From assembly GCA_051362555.1 (NCBI GenBank), contig CM120642.1:28768001-28832000 (forward strand): a stretch of DNA of 64,000 nucleotides, written 5' to 3'. Positions 24,913 to 36,449 of this stretch are shown in pieces. How positions within the stretch are numbered: the stretch's first letter is position 1; each line of letters opens with the position of its first letter. The translations under genes were made by a program, and so were the position numbers. This stretch comes from Lingula anatina (lineage: Eukaryota; Animalia; Brachiopoda). A model generated the notes under the pieces. It did no database searches. It had not been told where the DNA came from and saw only the letters and a program-made list of their open reading frames with translations.

Positions 24913-25866
24913 AAAAATATATGCATTTTATATATTTTAATGACTCGCGTTTGATCAACGTACTATTTTACCTCGTTAAAGCCCCAAGATGGCTCCTTAA
25001 TGCAGTCGCCGAGAAGGTACGCAGTGTGACGTCCTGCTCTCACAAGTTGTCTCTGATCTCCAACAGAATAAGCTTTGTTCTTATTTGCACACAAAAAAAG
25101 GAATATGTATGAGACTCAGATGGCACTAAATGTGCTACAAAACATTTTATCAGTTACTATGGGGTACAGGCTGTTCCTGACACTTACGGTGATGGAAAAA
25201 TCCGATGTTCTAATTTTAGGGGAAAAATGCATGGAAAATTTTCCTATGCTTGAATAGTCCATTGAGAACTAAATCCATAATTAAATTAAAAAGGTTGGAC
25301 GTTGATTTTAGGAAAACAAAGAAACGTGTGGGAATGGAGAAAGAATGGACCCCACGCGCTATGTGCAGAATCTACATCCTTCACTTGGTGCTTACCCACG
25401 AGAGAGAAAATAACACACTTTTTATCAAAAAATAATGTTAAAACAGCAAGATATAACAGTGCAGTCGGGTGCTGTATAACGAAGACACAAATAAGCCGTT
25501 TAAATTAACAAAAGAATGAGCCTATTGCCCGCTACAACAAACTGCGTAAACTGTACAACAGATTCACGAAACTTATATAAACATATGACATTTCATGATT
25601 ACAAAGATGGGCTGATAAAAAAGTCAGTCCAACCAATGTTCATTCTCAGTCAATCGAAAAAAAAAAAAAAAAAAAAAAACAGAACAACCTATTTTACGCA
25701 CATGACGATCCTGGGGACATACTGAAAGTAGGAGTGTAAATAGTTTAGTTAATACTTATCGTTAAGAATTTTTTAATTCCTTAATTGATGTTCGGAGTGT
25801 TTACATTTCTATACGTTACAGAAATATAAGTGCCTATATGTTCAAAGTACTCCAGTGTGAGCGTAA

Positions 25867-26106
25867 GGGTTCATTTCCAATGGAAGTATTGTTCTACATA
25901 ATTCGACCCAACTCCACGTGAACTCTCGCTGAATGCAATCAGATTAATAGATTAACACATTTCCTATTGTTCTCAATGTACTCGTATAATCACAGGCTTT
26001 TCTTTATTCTATACACAACGCCAAGAGGAGGCGTACGCGTTAATCTGACTTCCCGTTGGAGTTGGATCGATCTATGTAGAACAATAGTTCCATTGTGAAT
26101 GAGCCC
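25867..26106. mobile_element. PIF/Harbinger (Tourist-like) MITE
   Basis: TAA|GGGTTCATTTCCAATGGAA ... TTCCATTGTGAATGAGCCC|TAA: TIRs with TAA duplication; same family as 7143-7373. Confidence 0.8.
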
Positions 26107-28595
26107 TAAGATGGCCGGACAGTCGGCACCAGGTACGGTGCGCTCCTCTCTGTGACCTAGCAACCGCGAAGTTCCCAAGAGCACGTAACCTCACCACCTA
26201 GGTCAAAAAAGCCTCCAGAATATTTGAATTTAACCACAACTATAACAAACGGCAGCCGTCTTAAGAATTTAACAATACAATTTGAAAAATTGCTTCAAGC
26301 AGTGTTTAATTTTGAAAAAATAAGATTACTGACCTTTCCGATGTGTTCCCTATTTCAGTTTAAGGTCAGTGACGGTCTTCACATATTTTACAGAAATGCT
26401 TACGTATAATGGAGAAAACAGCTGACATACTAGTTGAATCTTTTTAAATGTATTTTCCTTGCAGAGCATCCTTCTTAAGCTGCAATTATGTTAAAGTTAA
26501 TGACCGTCTGTTCACACCCAACCTAATAGACCATACTGCCGTTAGCACTCCCATACTCTTAAATAAGGAAAGACGTAAAAATTCTTTTCGCTGTACAAAC
26601 AATTAGATAACAATTTCAGGAGAAATCACAGTTTTGCTATCTAATTCACTAGGAAAGAAAAATATATTAACCTTTAATGTGAACATATATTGTGAAGGAA
26701 GGAAACCAATTGAAGAAAAATATATATTCTCGAACTTTTGAATACATATAATGAACGATTTGCAATCCTGTATTTCATCAATAAATACATATTGGCGAGT
26801 AACCCTGCTGGTAATCAATTAAGAGGTAATTCCCACACGCCAGTTTGTGAATATCAGACGCTGGACGAAGCGGCCTGTATATAGCTTTGTCTCTGTTGCG
26901 AGTTAATTGAAAAATAGTGTGATGAAAACAGCAGTAATTATGAAACCGTAAGATACGTGACCTGATGGGTTCGACCGAGGTAGCCTTTTCCCAAGGTAGC
27001 TCCATCGCGTGCTTTCGCAGAAACTTTGATGTTTACCTGCATTTATTGAAGAGTTATATCGGTGCAAGAGGGAAGCGAAATGCAGCAGTACTTAAAAAGA
27101 GAGACTAAACTGCCTTGAAGACGTTCTGATTCAAAAACCTAAACTTTTAATCTAAGATCCATAGATCTTTAGATAGAGGACTCTTTTGACAGACATAGCA
27201 GGTGCCAATGACAACAGTAATGCTCATAAGGATAATAGTGTTTTTTATTACTTAAACTGAATGTATTCTTATGGTGATAAAATTCTGCCAAATTTCAAAT
27301 ACTAAATCTCTGGGTCTATTCAACGTTCTTTTTTTTTTTCATTTCCATCTATAATGACATTAATTTTGATAAGCATGAGTGTATGGGCGGGTTTAGGCAA
27401 GTGCTCCTCTATATATCGATTTGAATACTGCTTTTAAATCTTGCCTATCGGAACAATGACTGTTTAAGACATTAAACCACACTTAACAAAACTGAATTTC
27501 AAACCTGTTGGTCCTTCGTCAGATTTTTTTCATAATAATAATAAGAAGAAGAAGATATACCTGATGACGTCAGAAGGAACCTTAAGAGATGGTTCGACTT
27601 ATTTTTACTCACATCTGTCGTGAACAAACGATATACTGTTAAAGTAAGGTTATCACCACTACTACTTCATTTTGCCAGACAAAAAATCCCGTGCATTAAA
27701 AGCAATTTTACTTATTTCCAATATTTCAACCATTTATCTTCATAAACAGTGGGCATTTTTTTTTTTTTTTTGAAAACATCAGGTTATGAAGGATTTTTAA
27801 GAGTACATTCAGAATAAATATGGAAGAATCCCTTTAAAAGCAAGCCAGTTACGATCCCCTGATGGTCTCCCCGCTTCCACATGCGCCATTAAACGAATAA
27901 ATCTCGTCCCCGAGTTTTAATTGCTAGGCCCCCGCAGCGACGGTGCATGTCGAGGCGACGGTGGGGGGGGGGGGGGGGGGGGGGGTCATCAGGGATTTAG
28001 CGGCATCACTCTTTAGTGCATCAGCCAAATTTAGTCCGCGGATCTGTTAGTCCGAGGATCAACTTGTTCTGAAGGTGCTTCTAGGTTACTGGTAAATGTG
28101 TCTTTAACTTGGCAGATATGACGGTGCCGTCATGATCGGAGCCTGTCACTATATCACAGATTGTGAAGTGCTTCTAATAAATTACACAGGTAGGCCTATA
28201 TAGCCATTCTTTCATTCGATATTATTTCCCACGAGACCAAACAGAGTGCACAGACAGATGTGTTCAATTAGGATGGCACTGTATATTTTGTGACTGATAT
28301 TTATATTTTTTCTTGTCGATTAACTTCCTTCAAAAGTCAAAGTCACTTTTGAGATTGATATCGGTTCATTATGAACGTCATATCATATTTGTAACAGTAC
28401 AACATACATACCCCTGAATACCCAGTAATTATATTTCATTTTTATGTTTCTGTCGTAGGAAAATATTTTTCTATAAAAAATTAATCATACCATTTCTAAA
28501 ATCACGATTGAATGACTCAAATATGCTAAAGCGTATATCACGATTTTGTGACTGACAAAAATAGATTGCTCGTTTGCCTTTGCTCCATCTTTCCC

Positions 28596-31443
28596 TCACA
28601 AATGCTTTAAGAAACTAAACTGACAGCAATGGAAGGACAGCATACTGAAAACCAACAAGGCCGACGCAGTCACTATGGCCCCCGCGTTGCAGTAATCTAT
28701 CTCGCAGTAACACTCCCACAGCTCTCCATTCTCCCAGTCTCGAACGCCAAACCAGCTGCCCCCGCTCTCCCCGACTTTTGTCCCCCTGTAACTTCTCTCT
28801 CCGTTAGAGTCTATGTAGCCGCATGCTTCCGCACTGACGTAACTGGTGAAAACGTCACAGCCGCGGCTCACTCCTCCGCCGCCTAGATTAAGAATAGAGA
28901 AAATATATTATAATCTACATATTCTTTAAAATATACCATGTTCTGTTTGAAAATGCCCCAGTCATATTTTTATGACTAACTATCTTACAAACATTGTTTC
29001 CCAATTCAGACTAAAAAAAGAAGATAAAGCCGCTAAAATAAAAGTATCTGACGTCGATATTTGATTATGAAATGTATTATGAAATGATTATGAAAAGGAT
29101 GGAAATGCGGTCTTAACCAAGAATTGTTCGGAAATAGAATTGGAACAAAACAACGCATCCAAGTGCAGGAACGGGATGAGTAATGATCCGTGAAAAGGAG
29201 AAAATTCCTTATTTTTTGCTCGGGGGAAAATTAAATTTGGCGCAAAATAAGTCATGTAAATATTTTTCTGACGTCACATGAAAAGCTATGAGTGACGTCA
29301 TACACACCTGACTTTGCTTCTTTCCATTTGTAGCACCTGTCGCACTCCTGGGTAGGAATAGGCCCGGTTATTGTGGCGTTAGCGGGGATGTTGGTGTTGG
29401 CTGCATCAAAAGGATCGTCACACCCAGGGTAGGTGACGGAATCGCACACGTAACACGTCATGGAGCACGCTGGAAGAAAGACAAGTGGAATTGAAACATC
29501 TATATACCGCAAGTAGAGAGCGAGAGAGAGAGAAAGTTGTGTTCCAAAACTGCAAACTGCTTAGATAAATAGATAATTTATTCCAACGTGAGCAGAAAGT
29601 ACAAAGTATTTTAAAAGCCCAGAATATACGTAATATACACAAACTGGACAATAGAATTGTCACCCCTACTGAACCAATACTATGGGGGAGATAAATGACT
29701 GTGGAATGATATGCTCCTGGCATTATTTTATTAACATCAAATTTCACAAAAAATCACAAAATGAGAACAAAATATACATTCTACCAAAATATGCAGTTTC
29801 AAGTCCAAAATAAGTACTTAGTGGCATAGCCACGTGACCTAATAATAGGTGCCAGTCTATGAGGCAAGGATTCATATAATTGTCTGATGCGTTCAGGGCT
29901 TATGCTGGCCCAAGCATGAAACACTGAATATAACAGAGTTTCTCTGCTGGTTAGACGGGCATTTGTCAAAAGTTTTGACATATCATTCCACACATTTTCT
30001 ATTATGTTTGCATCCGGACTCTGGGCAGGCCACATCCCCCTGCGAATGTCCTGTTGGTCAAACCAATCATCAACTGCTCTGGGCCTGTGACAAGGAGCGT
30101 TGTCATCCTGGTGAACAAATGGATAATTCCTGTCACCAAACATGTTAGTAATAGATGGTAGCAAGCCTGACTCCAAAACATCGATATATTTCTAGTGATT
30201 CATGTCTCCATCAACCACTATCAATTCGCCCACGCCATGGATGCTGATGCAACCCCACGCCATGATGAATATGCTGCTCCGGGTTCGAAAATTCAGTGCA
30301 TGTGGTTCAAATGCTTTACCAGCATTTCGCCAGCATCGTATCCGTCTGTCATCAGAGGTCAGACCAAAGCGACACTCATCAGAAAAAATATTTAGGACCA
30401 ATTATCATGGACTGTCCTGTTGACCCTAGTTCACTCTACGCTGCCTGTTTTGTAACGATATAAGAGGTTTCAGTCCTGCTACCCTGCTGTACACTCTATG
30501 AGCATGTAACCGACGCCTAGCAATTTTCACACACACATTATAATGTCTGAAATTGTTCTACTGTGTTGTCAACTGACAAACTTTGACAACCTGGACATCA
30601 AAATTAGTCGTCGGTCTTCACGGCCAGTAGTTTTTCTTGGACGACCCATCAGAGGCAATTTGTCTCTTGATCCAGTGTTTCTATACCAAGACCTGACCCT
30701 CTGCACGGTTCTGACTGAACAATTCAATTGTATCGATATTCTGACATTGCTTATATTCCGCCTCTTCAGGTTTATAACTTGCACCTATAACCGTTAGATA
30801 ATTGCCTGTATCTTGCCATATTGGAAAAAGACAGGAATAACATTTGGTGTACATGTACAAGACCAACAATACAATTCCATGGTATAGCGGTTTTATACTC
30901 ATTAGTCACATTATAAGTAGACCAGGCATTATAACTACCCAAGATCTGCCTACTATTATTACTCTGAGTTAGGGGGTGACACTTCTATTGTCCAGTGTGT
31001 ATATATATAATCAGCATAACAAAAACAAATTCATAATTTTACTCAAGTTGGTCGAGTCAATATGGCCTTAATATATGTTAATAAAACGATAACATAAGGA
31101 AAATAAACAGTTTACGGCATACATCAAGTGACACACACATCGTGCGTAGGCCAACCTCTCCAAAGATTTTGTACCGAGCTAAAATATTTGACTGACTACC
31201 AAGCTTACAGATTTGACTCCTGTTTTATCCGTTAAATTACCCTGGAAACGAAGAGTTTGTCGTCATTCAGCTACTGGAGGTAGCAACAAAGCAGTCATTA
31301 ATAGTAAATAATGTTTTGACGATGTTATGAAATAAAGAGCATTTTACTCCAATCATATTTATGGCTATTTTCAACAGAGGCTCACCTGTTCTGGCAGTCC
31401 CAAGAAATATGACAAGACAAAGCGCAGCGTTCAAGGTAACCAT
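28596..31443 (-). CDS. GPI-anchored Ly6/uPAR three-finger protein, Quiver/SLEEPLESS-like, 168 aa (copy A, intact)
   Basis: Exons 31443-31386 (signal peptide MVTLNAALCLVIFLGTART), 29469-29308 and 28882-28596 join in frame with phase-1 GT-AG introns. Ten-Cys pattern CYVC..CDDPF..CDRCYK..RGC..C..CYCEIDYCN followed by a hydrophobic GPI-type tail. Confidence 0.88.
29638..30999 (-). mobile_element. Tc1/mariner DD34E transposon, decayed, in intron 1 of Ly6 copy A
   Basis: TIRs CAC(AA)ACTGGACAATAGAA(T/G)TGTCACCCC flanked by TA; broken transposase in ORFs 30784-30569 (HTH, GRPRKT), 30401-30192 (IFSDE, WGC) and 30176-29799 (DNAPCH...SPDANIIENVW, 34 residues between D and E). The empty site is visible in copy B at about 34071-34095. 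Confidence 0.95.
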
Positions 31444-32457
31444 GGCTCTTGGTTTACAACATCTGAGACGCAAGAAAGTAAATGGTGAAATAATTGCTAG
31501 CGGATTAAATAATAATAATACCAAAATTCAGGAACACCCATTACGATATTTTATCACTATAAAACATAAACAGCAATGCTGAAGTTGCCTATTAATTATG
31601 AACGGGGCTGACTGGTTCATTGAAGACATCGTAAATTAGGCGTCAAGTATTTTTAGTATTCCCAAGGCGCGTGGTCGAAATACAGTTGAAATGTCTGTGC
31701 TACACAATATAATTAATGTTATGACGCACAATAAAATATATCTTTAGAAAGACTGTATTTATCAAAGACGTTTGCCTAGAAAAACAACGGATTCTTATCA
31801 TGCTTACATTGACATTGATTATATATAAATTATATGGAAAAAAATGAAGCTCTGTTTTGCTTCTAACTTTCACCCATTTTTCGCTACAATTAAAATGATC
31901 TTTTAAAAGTAAGTACTGAGAAAACACTTACAGTAAGTTGCTCTCATTGTATTTCAAACACGAAAGAGTGTTGGTTCGTCTGCACAGTGCATTGCCCTCC
32001 AACGCGGAGCGTTCCCTGAAGTTTGAACGCTGTTGCTCCACAGACAGTTCTGCTCCACCAGGGGTCGGGCTGGGGTGCCTGCTATTTCCCTGAACGTACT
32101 TAATCAAGTCCCAGCAATACACGCCATTTCCCTATTTCAGGCAATCTGAATCGATAGTGGACGCACGGCGTTCTCATTTTTTTACCTGTTTTACCTGGAA
32201 ATCTTTTTATAATGAAATAACTTCATGACGTGATGACATTTCACCGCAAATTATTTCGATTTGAGCAATATTGGCACTTGGGTTTTTTATGAGTCAAAAT
32301 GTTATATTTTCGTTTATGTTGTAAAGCAGATCGACAATGAATTGGAAAGACGTTTTGGCATTGGAAAGGTATCTCAAATATAAGGCTAAGTAACATGTTT
32401 TTAGATGGCTGCATCAAAGTATTATTATTATTATTATTATTAGTTTAGCAATCTCTT

Positions 32458-35180
32458 TGTAACGTGACAGAGAGCCGCTTCCCATTTATTTGCATAGGTA
32501 AGCCTCGCCCTAGATTTAGACCCACTTAGATCAGGCTAACCCTAACCATTATAACTAAATGGAGGGCGGACTTTCTGTCACACGGACCCTCAGTTTTGTT
32601 ACACCTAGAATGGCTAAGGGGGTTGGTGCCAAGGTTAAGAGGCTTTAGAAGTGTTGTGAATTTACATGACAATTTAATTCTAATTTGAGATTGGGTTCTT
32701 TTTAAGTTGTTAAAGGGATACCAATCATTCATATGAGACTCAATTCATTTTACCACCAAAACAAAGGTTATAGCAATTATTCTGAATCCTGAAGACTTCT
32801 ATCCCGATTCTTCCTCGCTCGGTATTACGTATGTAGTAACAGGAAACTCAGGGTTCCCATTATACAATCATGAACATCAAAACTGGGCTGAGGATATCAC
32901 CTTAGCATGATATAAACATGACCTTAGTTCACAATTATCATTTCTTACGATTCTCTCCAAGCAATAATGTGATTGGCTTCTCATCTAACACATTCCACAG
33001 TAAAAGGTGCTTAAGCCGCATTCAGAGGCTTCCTCTAAATTTCGCGTGATAATAATAGCATAGAGAGATATTTATATAATAAAACTATATACACGAAACA
33101 AATTGCTTTTTTTAATCCTGAAATTATCTTAGACAATCCAAACGTTATCTGGCACGTTATTGCCAGAATATAAGTGCTGGACGGTGTCGTAGCACTTTCA
33201 AGATGTGAGCAACACTATACAAACAGGGAATTATATCTGTGTCTTCAACTTGGCAGCTATGACGGTGCCGTCATGATCGGGGCCTGTCACTATATCACAG
33301 ATTTTGAAGTGTTTCTAATAAATTATACAGGTATATGGTCATTCTTTCATTCGATATAATTTGCAAGGCTGACGCAGTCTCTATGGCCCCCGCGTTGCAG
33401 TAATCTATCTCGCAGTAACACTCCCACAGCTCTCCATTCTCCCAGTCTCGAACGCCAAACCAGCTACCCCCGCTCTCCCCCACTTTTGTCCCCCTGTAAC
33501 TTCTCTCTCCGTTAGAGTCTATGTAGCCGCATGAAAAGAATGGAAAGGGTGTTTAAACCAAGATGGGTTCGGAAATAGGATTGGAACAAAACAACGAATC
33601 CAAGTGCAGGAACGGATCGAGTAATTATTCGTGAAAAGGAGAAAAATTCCTTATTTTTTGCTCGGGGAAAATTTAATTTGGCGCAAAATGAGTCATGTAA
33701 ATCTTTTTCTGACGTCACATGAAAAGCTATGAGTGACGTCATACAACCTGACTTTGCTTCTTTCCATTTGTAGCACCTGTCGCACTCCTGGGTAGGAATA
33801 GGCCCGGTTATTGTGGCGTTAGCGGGGATGTTGGTGTTGGCTGCATCAAAGGGATCGTCACACCCAGGGTAGGTGACGGATTCGCACACGTAACACGCCA
33901 CGGAGTACGCTGGAAGAAAGACAAGTGGAACTGAAACATCTATATATACCGCAAGGCGAGAGAGAGAGAGAGAGAGAGTTGTGTTCCAAAACTGCAAACT
34001 GCTTAGATAAATAGATAATTTATTCCAACGTGAGCAGAAAATGCGAAGTAATTTAAAAGCCCAGAAAATACGTAATATATATATATATACAATCAGCATA
34101 ACAAAAACAAATTCATAATTTTACTCAATTTGGTCGAGTCAATATGACCTTAATATATGTTAATTAAACGATAACATAATGTTAGCATTAGGAAAATAAG
34201 CAGTTTACAGCATATATCAAATGACATACATCGTACGTAGGCCCGCCTCTCCAAAGATTTTCTACCAAGCTAAAATATTTGACTGATTTTCTACTAGGCT
34301 TACATTTTTGCAATTACAGTTTAATCCGATAAATAACCCTGGAAACAAGGAGTTCGTCGTCATTCAGCTACTGGAGGTACATTTGTAGCAACAAAGCAGT
34401 CATTTTAATGACTGCATCGACAAAACATTATTTACTATTAAAATAGTAAATAATGTTTTGTCGATGTTATGAAATTAAGAGCATTTTACTCCAATGATAT
34501 TTATGGCTATTTTCAACAGAGTCTCACCTGTTCTCACAGTCCCAAGAGATATGACAAGACAAAGCGCAGCGTTCAAGTTAACCATGGCTCTTGGTTTACA
34601 GCATCTGAGACGCAAGAAAATAAATGGTGAAATAGTATTGCTAGCGGATAAAATGACAAAACCGAAATTCAGGAACACCCATTACGATATTTTATTACGA
34701 TAAAACGTAAACAGCAATGGTGAAGTTGCCTATTAATTATGAACGGGGGTGACTGGTTCATTGACAGTTCTGCTCTACCAGGGGTATCGCTGGGGTGCCT
34801 GCTATTTCCCTGAACGTATTTAATCAAGTCCCAGCAATACACGCCATTTCCCTATTTCAGGCAACCTGAATCGATAGTGGACGCACGGCGTTCTCATTTT
34901 TTTCACCTGCTTTACCTGGAAATCTTTTTATAATGAAATAACTTCATGACGTAATGACATTTCACCGCAAATTATTTCGATTTGAACAATATTGGCACTT
35001 GGATTTTTATGAGTCAAAATGTTATTTTTTCGTTTATGTTGTAAAGCAGATCGACAATGAATTGGAAAGACGTTTTGGCATTGGAAAGGTACCTCAAATA
35101 TAAGGGTAATTAACATGTTTTTAGATGGCTGCATCAAAGTTTTATTATTATTATTATTATTCTTAATTTATCAATCTCTT
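32458..35180. repeat. Tandem segmental duplication, unit B (~2.7 kb, shorter by several large indels)
   Basis: 32458-33224 matches 23297-24127; 33238-33362 matches 28097-28227; 33364-33533 matches 28656-28825; 33534-34080 matches 29093-29637; 34091-35180 matches 31009-32457 minus 31624-32044. Confidence 0.9.
33364..34585 (-). pseudogene. Ly6/Quiver-like copy B, disrupted
   Basis: Exon 1 (34585-34528) and exon 2 (33909-33748) are intact, but a 267-bp deletion removes the intron-2 acceptor and the start of exon 3, and a ~430-bp deletion removes the GPI tail and stop codon. Confidence 0.8.
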
Positions 35181-36449
35181 CATTTTACAACCGGACACGT
35201 GCTATGGTAAATCTGATGGTCGTTAATATTCAGTGATTCGATTAAGTGATTCTGGGTCAGTGACCTTCAGTTAAGTTCTGAGTGGTTGTTGGCGAGACGA
35301 TTATTTCCTTATTCTAAAACAAGCACAATTTGTATTGTAGTGTCCACATCGAACACAGTGTTGAACAAGAATGCTTTTTAATAACGTTTAAAAATCACAT
35401 TCCCTTTAAAAATGTGGAAAAGCTGGCGTTTGTGGACTGGTTTTGTATGTTCGTTTCGTTATAAGTTCGTAACTGGGATGTTCGTAACTTAGAGTCTGTC
35501 TTTACGAAACTGACATAAGATTTAGATCGTAATGCAAGGACCAATGTCACAAGAAAACGCAAAATTTTCCGAAGACGGATTTCTCCTTATAAATTACACT
35601 GAAGAGTAAGTCGAAAACAACCGTTCAATTATCTTTCAAAACACTGTTTATTGTGTATCACAATAACGTGCATAATCCACAAAAAAATGTCAATTTTTAC
35701 TGGCACATTTTTCCATATCAACTCTTTTGAGAGGGGGTAAGTATCACATCGTTTGAACGCTGCAGTATATCGTTTTACACAAAAGGAACACAACGCAGGT
35801 TTTTAAGAACAAAGCTGGTGTTTAAAATCACTTTCTGCACAGCAGCAATAACTAAAATTTTATTTACACACATTTTATCACATATCTTTATACATAATTA
35901 TATGTATATATGTACAACACAATCGTTATGTAACCTGTGATATATCTACACACATTACATGTCATTTAGGAAATTTCTTGATATCAATGGTTTGTTTTCA
36001 CAATGCTGTTAGATACGTATGATATTATCCTGACACCTACAATGTACTTTCTGCAACATTGAAATTTGCCAACCACACCTGAGGAAGATTTTTGTTCACC
36101 TTTCTGGTTATCGTCTTCAAAAATTAATTCCATTACAACTAAAGTTAACAACATGTGAGATAGATAGTGGTAAAAATGCTGTTTACAGCACCAGTGTTTC
36201 CAGATCAATAGGATCATAAATGATTTGAATCAAAAGTTACATTGAAATTCACCCTGAGTTACAGATCTGTTAGTCTTACCAAAGAACAATCATCACAACC
36301 CAGCGCATTTTACATTTTACAGATTGTTTCAAAACAAGTTTTCTGGCAGATTCTTGAACACACGAGGTACCTTTTTACGTATGAAGTCATTTTTCCGACT
36401 TCAGATATTATGCCTCACAAATGCTCCCGTTTCCCATGAAAAGTTTTGG

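Larger units (their letters stand above)
23297..32457. repeat. Tandem segmental duplication, unit A (~9.2 kb)
   Basis: Begins TGTAACGTGACAGAGAGCC and ends CAATCTCTT; unit B follows immediately with the same first and last sequences and collinear internal blocks. Confidence 0.9.
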
